A stretch of DNA of 56,940 nucleotides from a virus (IMGVR_UViG_3300032093_009193:1-56940), one strand, 5' to 3'. Positions 17,788-27,391 are shown, numbered from the stretch's first letter. Translations and numbers: made by a program. The notes: generated by a model from the letters alone, not told the origin.

Positions 17788-18830
17788 AATGACATGCTTT
17801 CTATGTAGAGATCTTTTATTATGGTTTTAACTTTTTCTTTATTTTTGATCTGTTCGGTGTTGTCTATTTCTTTTGCTATGATTGTCAGCGTATCTTGTGT
17901 GACATCAACATCATCTTCTTTTTCTTGTTGATTGTCAAGATCCTCTATTATAGTAAATTCTTGAGGCTCGTTTGACAGAATATAATCGACATATTGTTCA
18001 AACTTTTTCTGTCTTTTTTTGTTGATAACCACTAATTTTATATAACAATTCTTAATAGACTCTGGGTTTAATTTTTCAACCTCATTGTCAGTTGAATCGT
18101 CATATTTCAAAACATGGAATATTTTTCTAGTATTTTCTATAAATTCCAATTCCCGTGTTTTGGTATCCAATACAGTGAATCCCTTTTTACAATTTATATC
18201 TCCAAAATTCATCTGATACTGCGATCCGAGATAATGAATATTGCCTCTTGATTGCCTTATATGAAAATGACCAGATAGAACTTTATCAAACTTATTGAAC
18301 ATCTGCTCATCATTTCCAGAAGAGTGCTTTATTCCAGTAATAATCTCAAAACCATTAATCTCAAAATGTCCAACCAGTATTGAGGCTGATGTTGAATTTA
18401 TAAATGAATAACAAAGATCCTCATTGTCTTTGGTTATCCACGGAACTAATCCAAGCTTTAATCCATCCAAATATAATTCTGTTGGATTTTCAATTATATT
18501 AAAATTATCATAAAAAGAAAATAATTCTTTTATAGAATTAATTGCATTTGTATTTTTAAAATAAGTATCGTGGTTGCCGATAGTTAAATAGACATTTATA
18601 TCATTGTCTTTAAAAAAAGATGCAAATCTTTTATGAATCTGATTGAGTGTGAAAAAATTCACATATTTTCTTCTATCCAATAAATCGCCCATGTGAATCA
18701 CATGTCGAATCTTATTTTCTTTAAGATATGGAAAAAATACATTTTCAAAAAAACTCAAAGATTCCTCAAGAAAAAAAGAAGCATCATTCTTATACCCGAA
18801 ATGGGTATCGCTAATTATAGCAATTTTCAT
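17784..18830 (-). CDS. 47: Recombination endonuclease nuclease subunit gp47 (Mre11/SbcD-like)
   Basis: Metallophosphoesterase motifs SDTHFG, MGDLLDRR, GNHD, GHFE and SGHFH. Confidence 0.96.
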   Translation of the reverse strand: MKIAIISDTHFGYKNDASFFLEESLSFFENVFFPYLKENKIRHVIHMGDLLDRRKYVNFFTLNQIHKRFASFFKDNDINVYLTIGNHDTYFKNTNAINSIKELFSFYDNFNIIENPTELYLDGLKLGLVPWITKDNEDLCYSFINSTSASILVGHFEINGFEIITGIKHSSGNDEQMFNKFDKVLSGHFHIRQSRGNIHYLGSQYQMNFGDINCKKGFTVLDTKTRELEFIENTRKIFHVLKYDDSTDNEVEKLNPESIKNCYIKLVVINKKRQKKFEQYVDYILSNEPQEFTIIEDLDNQQEKEDDVDVTQDTLTIIAKEIDNTEQIKNKEKVKTIIKDLYIESMSL

Positions 18831-19372
18831 TTCTTTTTCTTTCTTTTTCTCTTTCCCTTTGCTTCTGTTTCTTTTTCTAATTTTTCTAAATCATGCTCTG
18901 ATAAGAAAAAATTTCTCTGAATAAATTCGGATAGAGTCGCAGATTCATTGTTTTCTCTCAACCATTCAGTATACTTTGAATCTATATCATTATGCTGCAT
19001 ACACTTATATTTTATATAAGCTTGTTTTTTTTCTTTATCTATTCTTCTAAGAAAAGCATAATATATTATTTGTGTAAAGTATGAGAATGGATTTTCCGAT
19101 TTTTGATCATCGAAGTTATGTGCGTATTGTAGGCAGTTTTCCACCCCATCGCTAACCATATCTTCTCTAAATGGGTAGTTTATGAAATTAGGTCTTCTTG
19201 ACAATCTATCTGCTATTTGATAAAAACAAAGACCAATATAATCAGTCACTGGTGGCATTGGCTTGTTTTTTAATTTTGCTTCGTTTACAATGATTTTCCA
19301 TTTGTTCATTGCAGACAAAAATTCATCGTTATCAACATAATGTTTGTCTTTTTTCTTTTCTGCTTTGCTCAT
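18827..19372 (-). CDS. 55: Late-transcription sigma factor gp55
   Basis: HYVDN..F, YIG.CF..IA..LS.RPNF.NY.FREDMVSDG.EN and NPFSYFTQI.YYAFLRRI.KEK. Start set at MSKAEK (19372). Confidence 0.95.
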   Translation of the reverse strand: MSKAEKKKDKHYVDNDEFLSAMNKWKIIVNEAKLKNKPMPPVTDYIGLCFYQIADRLSRRPNFINYPFREDMVSDGVENCLQYAHNFDDQKSENPFSYFTQIIYYAFLRRIDKEKKQAYIKYKCMQHNDIDSKYTEWLRENNESATLSEFIQRNFFLSEHDLEKLEKETEAKGKRKRKKKK

Positions 19373-19378
19373 AACAAT

Positions 19379-19406
19379 ATTATACACATTTTTATTAAAA
19401 CTTCAA
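19379..19406 (-). promoter_or_regulatory. Sigma70-type promoter for gp55: TTGAAG-N16-TATAAT
   Basis: Read on the minus strand; the -10 lies 6 nt before the ATG at 19372. Confidence 0.55.
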
Positions 19407-19428
19407 TATATTTTTTTACACTTTTTAC

Positions 19429-19457
19429 TTGACAGGTTTTAATAGGTCTAATATAAT
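19429..19457 (+). promoter_or_regulatory. Perfect consensus sigma70 promoter TTGACA-N17-TATAAT, facing antisense
   Basis: TTGACA at 19429-19434, a 17-nt spacer and TATAAT at 19452-19457, in intergenic DNA. No plus-strand gene follows. Confidence 0.75.
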
Positions 19458-19499
19458 TGTTGTGTGGTATTAAGGAAGATTGGGTTTCTTAAAGGTTCT

Positions 19500-20210
19500 T
19501 TAAGAGTAATCATCACTAAGTGGATCTGGATTCCAATCTGAGAATTGATTTCCAAAGTCTTCTCTACCCTTTTCATCCCCAGTAAATTTATTTCTCTTTT
19601 TGATCTCATCGATCATCTTGAGCAACATATCTGGTTCTAGAATACCAGAAGTGATTAAATTCATGATGGCTTCTGGTGGAATAACCATATTAAGATATAA
19701 CATTGGTCTTTCCTTAAGTTCGTCTGGAATCATTGGATTCTTAAGAACTTCTTTCTTTTTTCTTCTTTTCTTTCTTCTTTTATTTCTCATTTCCTCATCT
19801 ACTGCATGTAGATAATCTTGAGAAATATCAGAATTTAATTCATTTAGAAATGAGTCTAAAAAGTCTCCGACTTCATTCGCCATATTTTCTATATTAGTTT
19901 TCATCTGAGATTCATCTACTGGTTTTTTCTCATTGTCTTCTCTTTCCTTTTCACCATCGTAGATTGATGAACACTTTTTGCTTGGTTCTATAATTGCAAC
20001 AATTCTATCTTTTTTGATCTCAATTGTCTTATCATCGCTGTTGTGTAGCCAATCTCTTAAAAAGGTAACATCAACAGCCATGCCATTATTACCAGACATA
20101 GTAGAACTAATAAAAACCATTGGCCTTTCAATTAGAAGGCTTGTTTCGTTTTCAACAACAGAACCTATCAATTCTTCACCATTATTGAGTTTTAATATTT
20201 TATATCCCAT
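19500..20210 (-). CDS. Conserved T4-like hypothetical protein (Sm-like N-terminus) between uvsW and gp55
   Basis: KILKLNNGEELIG.V.......IERPM...W.......I....IV pattern; syntenic slot; basic RNKRRKKRRKKK tract. Confidence 0.6.
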   Translation of the reverse strand: MGYKILKLNNGEELIGSVVENETSLLIERPMVFISSTMSGNNGMAVDVTFLRDWLHNSDDKTIEIKKDRIVAIIEPSKKCSSIYDGEKEREDNEKKPVDESQMKTNIENMANEVGDFLDSFLNELNSDISQDYLHAVDEEMRNKRRKKRRKKKEVLKNPMIPDELKERPMLYLNMVIPPEAIMNLITSGILEPDMLLKMIDEIKKRNKFTGDEKGREDFGNQFSDWNPDPLSDDYS

Positions 20211-20218
20211 ATTTCCTC

Positions 20219-21691
20219 CTAAAGTCGAATTTTCTTGATATTGTAGTTGAACTTCTCTTTATTATATATCTTGATTCTTTCATCAAAATGTCTTAGGGTA
20301 TGGTTTCTGTAGGATTTCCAACATAGATCATCCGCAATATCAAATAAAATCACTGAATCTTTCGTATCTGACTTTCTAAGACCTCTACCAATCGATTGTA
20401 ATACTCTAATTACAGATTTTGATGGCGAAGCAAATACGATAGCATTGATGTTTCTTATATTTATGCCTGTACTGCATGTCCCATATGAGGCAACTAGAAC
20501 ACTGTTTTTATGATTATCCACAACTTTTCTTATTTGTTCTCTTTCTTCGATATCTGTTTTTCCACTAATCATAAATGTTTCTTTTCCAGATTCCTTCTTT
20601 ATTTGATCATAGAGTGGTATTCCATGCTTATCAACATAATTGAATAAAACTAAAATATTTCCAGATATGTTTTTACATAATTTTGAAATAAAATTATTTC
20701 TTTTTTTGTTGCAAATCAACCATTCCATTTCATCAGCATATCTGGCTTTTTTAACACTTTCATATTCTTTTACATCGTAAGATAAAATTACAGAATTAAT
20801 ATTCAATGTCGATAAGATCTTATCATCCATTAAATTTTTAGTTGTAGTTACAGAATGAACCCTACCAAACAGACCTTCTATTATTAGTTTATGTGCTTGT
20901 GTATTGTCTAGTGTACCAGTTGTACCGATTCTAAATGGAGTATTCAAAAGCTTTTTCATTATAGAAGATAGAGATTTAGCCTTATATAGATGGACTTCAT
21001 CACCAAAGATTCCATGATAATTTGAAAAATAATCGTGATCTTCTCTAAAGATACTTTGCCATGTTGAAATTGTTATTCTTTTAGATGATGTTTTTTCTTG
21101 TCCCTGAAAGATAAGATGAATTTGTCTTAAAAAATCCTTGTCTGAGTTTGAGTAATCTTTAAAATCAGAAGCAAGCTGAGTGACAAGACCTGTTGTTGGT
21201 ACAAGAATTAAATATTTTGTCGAATCAAAGTTTTCAAGTAAAAATTTTAATGTTAAATAGATTATTAGTGATTTTCCAGAACCTGTTGGGGAAACCAGTA
21301 GTATTCTATTATTTTTAATTGATTCTTTTACAGCACTAAGTTGATAATCGTGCGGTGTTATTTGCTTTTTATTTGAATATATAATTTGCTTATTTAACCA
21401 TTCGTCAATGTAAGAATCTTCAAATGGAATTTTTTCAAATCCATCAAGAGAGTATTGATACTTTCTTTCATTTAAAAAATGTTCTATATAATCAACCAAT
21501 CCAGAATATATCGTCCTTGAAGCGTAGTTGAATAACTTTATAGTTCCATCCCATTTTTTCTTTTTAAATGCTGGAGTGTATTGATGATTTGGAACTTTGA
21601 ATGTAAAAAAAGATGAAATTTCTTTTGCGATAGAATCATCACAATGAACTTTTATAAAAACTTCATCTAGTTTTTCTATTCTTATCATCAA
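20219..21691 (-). CDS. uvsW: RNA-DNA/DNA helicase UvsW
   Basis: WDG.I.LF, HDYQ, SPTGSGKS, GDEVH, GTTGT, STGINI and QSIGRGLR. Confidence 0.96.
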   Translation of the reverse strand: MMIRIEKLDEVFIKVHCDDSIAKEISSFFTFKVPNHQYTPAFKKKKWDGTIKLFNYASRTIYSGLVDYIEHFLNERKYQYSLDGFEKIPFEDSYIDEWLNKQIIYSNKKQITPHDYQLSAVKESIKNNRILLVSPTGSGKSLIIYLTLKFLLENFDSTKYLILVPTTGLVTQLASDFKDYSNSDKDFLRQIHLIFQGQEKTSSKRITISTWQSIFREDHDYFSNYHGIFGDEVHLYKAKSLSSIMKKLLNTPFRIGTTGTLDNTQAHKLIIEGLFGRVHSVTTTKNLMDDKILSTLNINSVILSYDVKEYESVKKARYADEMEWLICNKKRNNFISKLCKNISGNILVLFNYVDKHGIPLYDQIKKESGKETFMISGKTDIEEREQIRKVVDNHKNSVLVASYGTCSTGINIRNINAIVFASPSKSVIRVLQSIGRGLRKSDTKDSVILFDIADDLCWKSYRNHTLRHFDERIKIYNKEKFNYNIKKIRL

Positions 21692-22122
21692 ACACCTTGT
21701 GTAAATTTAATCCAATCAATTGCAGCCCTTACAGACCACATTTTATTGGAAATTGCCTTTACAATTCCCTCAATGTAATTTACTTTTTCTTTTTGATATT
21801 CTATCTTCAAATTTAATTGACAGATATCATTATCACTTTCGATGAACTTGTCTAAGTCTTGTCTTATAAGAGAAAGTTCAAAGGCTTCCCAATTTAATTC
21901 AGCCAATCTTTCTTCACTCATTTTTCCAGAGTAATATAACCATTTATCTCTTTTTAATTTTGATAAATCGGTTTCGTACTTTGAAAGTATAAGTTTTTCA
22001 TCAAACAAAATGCAAAGATATTTGTTATGTTGCTGTGGTATAACAGTAGCTTCATAATCTAAATTTGTTTTATCGATGGAAAGATCTTTATCTGCTTCTT
22101 TTTTAATTTCATCTAAATTCAT
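21688..22122 (-). CDS. uvsY: Recombination mediator UvsY
   Basis: D..ID...L..E...IP..H.KY, KW.YYSGK and AIDW.KF..G; synteny 3-uvsY-uvsW. Confidence 0.92.
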   Translation of the reverse strand: MNLDEIKKEADKDLSIDKTNLDYEATVIPQQHNKYLCILFDEKLILSKYETDLSKLKRDKWLYYSGKMSEERLAELNWEAFELSLIRQDLDKFIESDNDICQLNLKIEYQKEKVNYIEGIVKAISNKMWSVRAAIDWIKFTQGV

Positions 22123-22123
22123 A

Positions 22124-22690
22124 TTAAATAGTATAATCTTTCAATATATCAAAATGTGTATAGTTAAAAATGACAGATGCAATAACTGGATCTGTATCTG
22201 GTGAAGTTACATCAAAATCCAAACCAGACAAAAATGATGGAAATATATTGTAATACTTAAATGATATTATTGGTCTATAATTATTATTTAAAATTAAGAG
22301 AATAGCACTTGATGTCTTATGAATTTCACTTAATCTCTCTTTATTATTTACCCACGGTGCTATTTTTTGCATCCAATCTAATATCTCTTTGTAATTTACC
22401 ATATTCTCATCAACTGGAAAACTTAACTGTATATCTTCGACAATATATCGATTTCCAGGTCTTACCATTTCTATTCCAGTTGGAGTAGATTGAATTGATT
22501 GACCTAAACTCAAAGATGGTAAATTTACTCTCTGAGCAAAGTATGTTACAGTTGGACATCTGCTTAAAATAAAAATAAATTTATTTTGTAATAGATAATT
22601 TCTATTTTCTGGAATCACTGGATTTTTTGCTAAGAAATCTCCAGGTAATTCTTTTTTGATATCGTCTGGTATATTGCTCGGATTGAACAT
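22124..22690 (-). CDS. 3: Tail tube terminator / tail completion protein gp3
   Basis: NYL....F.F...R.P.V.YF.Q.VNLP, F.VDENM.NY.EI.DW and FP..LSGLDF; follows gp23. Confidence 0.85.
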   Translation of the reverse strand: MFNPSNIPDDIKKELPGDFLAKNPVIPENRNYLLQNKFIFILSRCPTVTYFAQRVNLPSLSLGQSIQSTPTGIEMVRPGNRYIVEDIQLSFPVDENMVNYKEILDWMQKIAPWVNNKERLSEIHKTSSAILLILNNNYRPIISFKYYNIFPSFLSGLDFDVTSPDTDPVIASVIFNYTHFDILKDYTI

Positions 22691-22695
22691 AATAG

Positions 22696-22703
22696 TATTT
22701 ATA
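22696..22703 (-). promoter_or_regulatory. Late promoter TATAAATA for the gp3-uvsY-uvsW unit
   Basis: Exact match 5 nt before the ATG, directly after the gp23 terminator. Confidence 0.75.
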
Positions 22704-22735
22704 AAGAAACAGGCTGGTCTTTCGACCAGCCTGTT
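22701..22735 (-). terminator. Intrinsic terminator after the major capsid gene
   Basis: 12-bp perfect stem AACAGGCTGGTC/GACCAGCCTGTT with a GAAA tetraloop on the minus strand, followed by TCTTTAT. Confidence 0.9.
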
Positions 22736-22753
22736 CGTTAAGACTTACTCCGA

Positions 22754-24181
22754 TCAGCCTTCTCTACCGTGGAGGCTCTTGACTCTGGTTAGACGGTAGT
22801 AAACATTGCTGTTTAGATCTAGACCATCTGTGAGTGCGTTTGAGCCAGCGAAGCTTGTTTGACCCTTGGCGAATGGATTTGCAACCATTCCGTAACGAGT
22901 CTTGAAGCCAATCTTTGGTTGGAAGGTATCTTGACCGACTGCTCTTACCATTTGGAGAGGAACATATGGGCAGTAGAACATACCAGCGTCATATGGTGAG
23001 GTTCCCTTGTATCCAACGAGGAAGAAGTCAACTCCTGCTGGGACGAATGGATCGATATAGACCTTATAGCGACCATTGAGGACTCCAGCAAAGACATTTC
23101 CAGTATCATCAACGCTTAGGTTGACATTGAGTGCTGGTGAGATATTGAGGAATCCACCCATTGCAAGTGCTGATGCAACATCTGCGCTGCAAAGGATGAA
23201 GTTACCTTTACCTCTACGAGTTTCCTTGGCGATAACATTTGCTTCGCGTTCGATCTGATACATAAGACCACGATAGCGTTCTGCTGACCAACGACCGTCT
23301 GAGTCTTCGGTTAGATTGTAGCTACCAGCAAGATCGAGTCCAGTTTGCTGTGAACCTGTCTTGGCAACAGTGTAAACTGCGCGTAGAATTTCTCTGTTGA
23401 TTTCGTTGAGAATTTCAACTGAGAGAATGTTCGCAAGTTCAGATTCGGCATCAAGACCATGAACAGCCTTAAGATCTTGAGCAAGTTCGGTTGTATATTC
23501 TGCCTTGAGTGCTCTTGTACGGGCTTGTACTGCAACGCGCTCAATGCTGAAGGCCATTTCCTTGAACTTAGGATCGCTAGCATCACTTCCGCCGAGTTTT
23601 TCAGCATCAGCGGTAAGGAATCCACGGAATCTCTCAAATAGATTCTTACGAGTAATAGCTGTTAGTGTAGCACCAGTGTTTGTTCCTAAACCAAAGGGGT
23701 TGGTATAGGTTGAACCTTCTGTGGTATTATTATTACCAGTTGAACCAGAAACACCAGAGAAAGATGCAATTGGTTCATCATACATTGCTTCTAGACCAGC
23801 TGGACCATCGTACTTAGCTCTGAAGGCAAAGATTAGACCAGTTGGTGCAGTCATTGGTTGAACGCTTGCAATGTCGTAAGCAACAACATTTGGCATTGCA
23901 CGGCGAACGAGGCTGATTAGGATTGGGTCATAACCAGCAAGGCTTCCGTTTGCTGAAGCAGCTTGAGTGACTGAGAAACCACCACCCATTGAGTTGGTTG
24001 GTGCAGCTTCTGTAAGAAGTTGGTTTCTTTCTTCTGCTAAAGCTCTCTTTTGATTTTCTAGAAGAACGGCGGTTGTTCTTCTTCTATGAATGTCCTCAAT
24101 CTTTGTTAGTTCTGGATGGTCAATGAGTGGTGACCATTTTTCTAAAAGTGTGTCGTATGGTGTAGTTCCGTTAAAATCCAT
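22754..24181 (-). CDS. 23: Major capsid protein gp23
   Basis: KWSP, LLENQ, cleavage-like LTE/A, DPILISLVRR.MP, VQPMTAPTGLIFA, RALKAEYT.ELAQDLKAVHGLDAE and FQPKIGFKTRYG. Confidence 0.99.
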   Translation of the reverse strand: MDFNGTTPYDTLLEKWSPLIDHPELTKIEDIHRRRTTAVLLENQKRALAEERNQLLTEAAPTNSMGGGFSVTQAASANGSLAGYDPILISLVRRAMPNVVAYDIASVQPMTAPTGLIFAFRAKYDGPAGLEAMYDEPIASFSGVSGSTGNNNTTEGSTYTNPFGLGTNTGATLTAITRKNLFERFRGFLTADAEKLGGSDASDPKFKEMAFSIERVAVQARTRALKAEYTTELAQDLKAVHGLDAESELANILSVEILNEINREILRAVYTVAKTGSQQTGLDLAGSYNLTEDSDGRWSAERYRGLMYQIEREANVIAKETRRGKGNFILCSADVASALAMGGFLNISPALNVNLSVDDTGNVFAGVLNGRYKVYIDPFVPAGVDFFLVGYKGTSPYDAGMFYCPYVPLQMVRAVGQDTFQPKIGFKTRYGMVANPFAKGQTSFAGSNALTDGLDLNSNVYYRLTRVKSLHGREG

Positions 24182-24201
24182 TTCTATATTCTCCTATTTT
24201 T

Positions 24202-24209
24202 TATTTATA
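24202..24209 (-). promoter_or_regulatory. Late promoter TATAAATA for gp23
   Basis: Exact match followed by an AGGAG RBS. Confidence 0.85.
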
Positions 24210-25151
24210 TTATTTGACTTTTGGATTTGATGCCTTTAATTGCTTGCTGATTGACTGAACATAAATGCTCATATCTTCATTTAGATTAACTGGAGCAATC
24301 TGATCACTTTCCATGATTGAGGATTGTGCTGATTGGGTTGGTTTTGTTTCACCATTTAGATATGATTCCTTTATGATTTTAATTTTATCTCTGTATTGAT
24401 CTAAAGAATCAAAGTTGATTCCTTCCGATAGAGATGCAATTTTTTCAATTTCAGTATCAGCAAGTCCTGCTGTTTCTTCGAAGAAGATGTTTAAGCACTT
24501 TGCTACTGCTACTTCTTCATTGAGGGCCATATTTTCTTGAATTAGCTTGTTCATTGATTCTTGAAGTTCGTTGTGTTCATCGAATAGTTCATCAACGATA
24601 TCAACTTTGTCTTCTGGAATGTCAACATAGCTGTTTTCAAATAGATCCTTTAGACCACGCATAAAGTTTTCAGCAATTTCTGTTCTGAAGCCTTGCTCTA
24701 CTTGTAGTCTATTTTCTTCCATCCATTCATTAATAGCGTATGAAAGATATTCATCAATTGATTCTGTTAGTGTTGAAGCGACAGACTCCGTTTGCTCTGC
24801 GATTAATTCTTCAGATGCTTGAAGGATTGCTTGCTCAACGATTGAGATTTTTTCATTTAAAGCTGCTTCAAAAATAACGGCAGCTCTTTGCTTAAATTCG
24901 TCCGATAAATCTTGTCCTTCAAATAAAGCATTGATATAGTCGGTTATATCTAACTCAACACTTTCTTCCATCTGTGCTCCCATTGTCTGATCAGTGCCAC
25001 CAGCATTTGAAACTCCTGCTGGAGAAAGGGATGCCATATTCTTTTTAGCATCTCCGTCCTTTGCTATTGCTTTTGCAAACATTGGAGTCACTCCGTTGGA
25101 CGAAAATGTTCCTTTTCCACTCTCATCATGTACATCTTTATTTCCTTGCAT
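24210..25151 (-). CDS. 22: Prohead core scaffold protein gp22
   Basis: LSDEFK.RA..IFEAA, YL.Y...EWMEEN, EIAENFM.GLK.LF and IKESY; GGAG RBS. Confidence 0.93.
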   Translation of the reverse strand: MQGNKDVHDESGKGTFSSNGVTPMFAKAIAKDGDAKKNMASLSPAGVSNAGGTDQTMGAQMEESVELDITDYINALFEGQDLSDEFKQRAAVIFEAALNEKISIVEQAILQASEELIAEQTESVASTLTESIDEYLSYAINEWMEENRLQVEQGFRTEIAENFMRGLKDLFENSYVDIPEDKVDIVDELFDEHNELQESMNKLIQENMALNEEVAVAKCLNIFFEETAGLADTEIEKIASLSEGINFDSLDQYRDKIKIIKESYLNGETKPTQSAQSSIMESDQIAPVNLNEDMSIYVQSISKQLKASNPKVK

Positions 25152-25172
25152 ATTTTTCTCCGTGTTTTATAT

Positions 25173-25180
25173 TATTTATA
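25173..25180 (-). promoter_or_regulatory. Late promoter TATAAATA for gp22
   Basis: Exact match in the intergenic gap upstream of the RBS. Confidence 0.8.
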
Positions 25181-25221
25181 TAATTAATTTTTTTAACAAT
25201 TTTGTATGTAACATTAAATTA

Positions 25222-25947
25222 TTATCTCAGTCGTCTATTTGTACGAGGGGTAACTATACCAGCTCGTATTTCAGCTTCTTGAGTACCTGTTCTGCGTCTA
25301 TTCAATTCGTTCTTTATATCTCTTATATCATCTTCTCTGGTTTTTGGTACAATATTAGTTGGTGGTCCAGAAACTGGAATTTTTACTCCATTTGTTGGCT
25401 GTTTTGACATATTTCTTCTTACATAATTTGAAGCTTTTATACCCCTATACACTCCAGTTAAAACTCTCGGCAGGACTGTTGTTAGTCCAGCAGCAAACAG
25501 AGATTTTATTCCACCAGTAGCTATATTTGTAACAGTTCCCATAGCACCACTTGGACCAATAGTTGAACCTTGACTCAAAGAACCTTGAATATTTCTTTTG
25601 ATTCCAGATACTACAGTACCACCAATAGTTTTTTGTGGTCTATATTTTATTCTTTTAGTTACAATTCCAGAATTAACGGTTCCTGCTTCTGGCTCATCTG
25701 TTCCAGAAGTTGTTGGTGTATTTGATACTGTACTTTGTGGTTCATTTTCTAAATCTCCACGAAAAGGACCAGATGGAATTCTCCAATTTTGTGGAAATTG
25801 AAATCTTTGAGTTGCTTTTCTTCTGGCTATAGCCTGTAGACTATTATTGCCAGATAATTCTTTTCTAATACCCTGAGCAATTAAACCTAATCTACCTAAA
25901 TTAGAATAATTAACTTCATCTAGAGATATATTTTTTGAAAAACTCAT
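25222..25947 (-). CDS. Hypothetical basic protein between gp21 and gp22; candidate internal head protein
   Basis: 241 aa, Arg/Gly/Thr-rich; TAATG-coupled to gp21; N-terminus MSFSKNISLDE. Confidence 0.6.
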   Translation of the reverse strand: MSFSKNISLDEVNYSNLGRLGLIAQGIRKELSGNNSLQAIARRKATQRFQFPQNWRIPSGPFRGDLENEPQSTVSNTPTTSGTDEPEAGTVNSGIVTKRIKYRPQKTIGGTVVSGIKRNIQGSLSQGSTIGPSGAMGTVTNIATGGIKSLFAAGLTTVLPRVLTGVYRGIKASNYVRRNMSKQPTNGVKIPVSGPPTNIVPKTREDDIRDIKNELNRRRTGTQEAEIRAGIVTPRTNRRLR

Positions 25948-26591
25948 TAAATTCCTCTCATGAATCTTTCGAATATTTCAAGAGCTTTATTTTCGTAATC
26001 TTTAGCTGAAATCTTTTTAATTTCTTTGTGAAATTTTTCTATTTCTTGTTCTTTTAAAAGACCATTATCCCAGACCCATTCCTTGCCTTCCAATATTCCG
26101 TTTACGAAAGCTTGTGGGGCTGATGGATCTGAAACGATGTCTATTGCGGAAAGAGTAAAATCTGATTGAACCTCATTGATTTCATTTACTTTTTTAAGGC
26201 TTCCCATACCCCTTGAAGAAACTCCAAGCAAAGCACCTTCATCTATTAAAGATTTAACAATCTTTCCCATTGGAGTATCTAAAACTTTAGCTTTACCGTA
26301 AAAGTTATTTCCATCCTGATTAAGTTCTACTATCATGTGGGACACACGATCAAGATTAACTGTTGGACCAGATGGATGATTTAGTTCACCTAAAGCTCTT
26401 TTCTTATTTACATATTCTTTGAGGTATCTTTTACACTCATTTTCTAGAATATTGACAGAATAGCGTCTACCGTTTCTATTTACGGTTTCAGCCTGCATCA
26501 TTATTCCTTCAATGAAATAGTTTTTCTGACCAGTTTCAGAAGATTCAACTAATGCCTTAACATTTTCAATTGTTTCGGTGATTAGTTTCAT
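25947..26591 (-). CDS. 21: Prohead protease gp21
   Basis: MKLITE, NRNGR.Y, RALGELNHP, LDRVSH, GVSSRGMGSL and DIVSDPSAP.AFV.GI.E. Confidence 0.97.
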   Translation of the reverse strand: MKLITETIENVKALVESSETGQKNYFIEGIMMQAETVNRNGRRYSVNILENECKRYLKEYVNKKRALGELNHPSGPTVNLDRVSHMIVELNQDGNNFYGKAKVLDTPMGKIVKSLIDEGALLGVSSRGMGSLKKVNEINEVQSDFTLSAIDIVSDPSAPQAFVNGILEGKEWVWDNGLLKEQEIEKFHKEIKKISAKDYENKALEIFERFMRGI

Positions 26592-26594
26592 CTA

Positions 26595-27125
26595 TTATTC
26601 TCCGCAGTTTTCGCAAATTTCTTCTTCTTCAGAATCCTCATCATCATCGTAATTATCAAAATCGTCATCTTCATCTGCTTCTTCGGATAGAAGTTCACTG
26701 GCTATCTCGGCAATTTCTTCCTCTGAAAGTTCTTCACCCAACTCATTTTCAATATCTTCGACTATTTGGGTGAGTTCATCAAGGAAGACTTCATAGTCTT
26801 CTTTTGCTACCTTCATACCCTTTTTATTTTCTCCAGCCTCGGTTGAGTCTTCTGGGTTATCATCTTCGCCAGCCTTTTCATCGGCGTAATCGGGAACGCC
26901 ATCGCCGTCTTCATCTGGCTTTGATTTCTTTTCTTTTGATTTTTTCATTTCCTCTAAATAGGCATCTCTGTCGTTTGGATTCATAAAAACGGTTGGTGCA
27001 TATTCAAGTAACGATTCTTCTAACTTTTTTCCAAGCTTCTTATACATTCTCTTCTCAAGAAGTTCATTTGCTTGGCTGTATTTTTTCTCTAAAATAAGTG
27101 GTATAATTTCTGAAAATTCGCTCAT
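26595..27125 (-). CDS. Acidic prohead core protein (gp67/68 slot)
   Basis: Very Asp/Glu-rich; lies between gp20 and gp21; contains DEDGDGVPDYAD. Confidence 0.55.
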   Translation of the reverse strand: MSEFSEIIPLILEKKYSQANELLEKRMYKKLGKKLEESLLEYAPTVFMNPNDRDAYLEEMKKSKEKKSKPDEDGDGVPDYADEKAGEDDNPEDSTEAGENKKGMKVAKEDYEVFLDELTQIVEDIENELGEELSEEEIAEIASELLSEEADEDDDFDNYDDDEDSEEEEICENCGE

Positions 27126-27391
27126 TATTTTCTCCTAATTCTTTTATTATTTATTTTTTTAAGTTTTTCAAGATATTCTTTAAAAAATGAAAATAGGGTA
27201 TTTTTATTTGATAAAATAGGTTTAATATTCTTATAATTTGGCCCAAAAACAGTAGAAAGTATATTAATTTGTTCTGGGGTTATGTTTACAGATTCACTAT
27301 TTCTCAAAAATAAATTTATACCTCTTTTTTCTCTTTTTGGATTTTTTAATAAAGATACTATTTTTTCTCTTTCATGAAAGTATATTTTCAT
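27125..27391 (-). CDS. Hypothetical basic protein (gp67/68 slot)
   Basis: 88 aa, coupled to gp20 (ATGA) and to the next gene (TAATG). Confidence 0.55.
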   Translation of the reverse strand: MKIYFHEREKIVSLLKNPKREKRGINLFLRNSESVNITPEQINILSTVFGPNYKNIKPILSNKNTLFSFFKEYLEKLKKINNKRIRRK

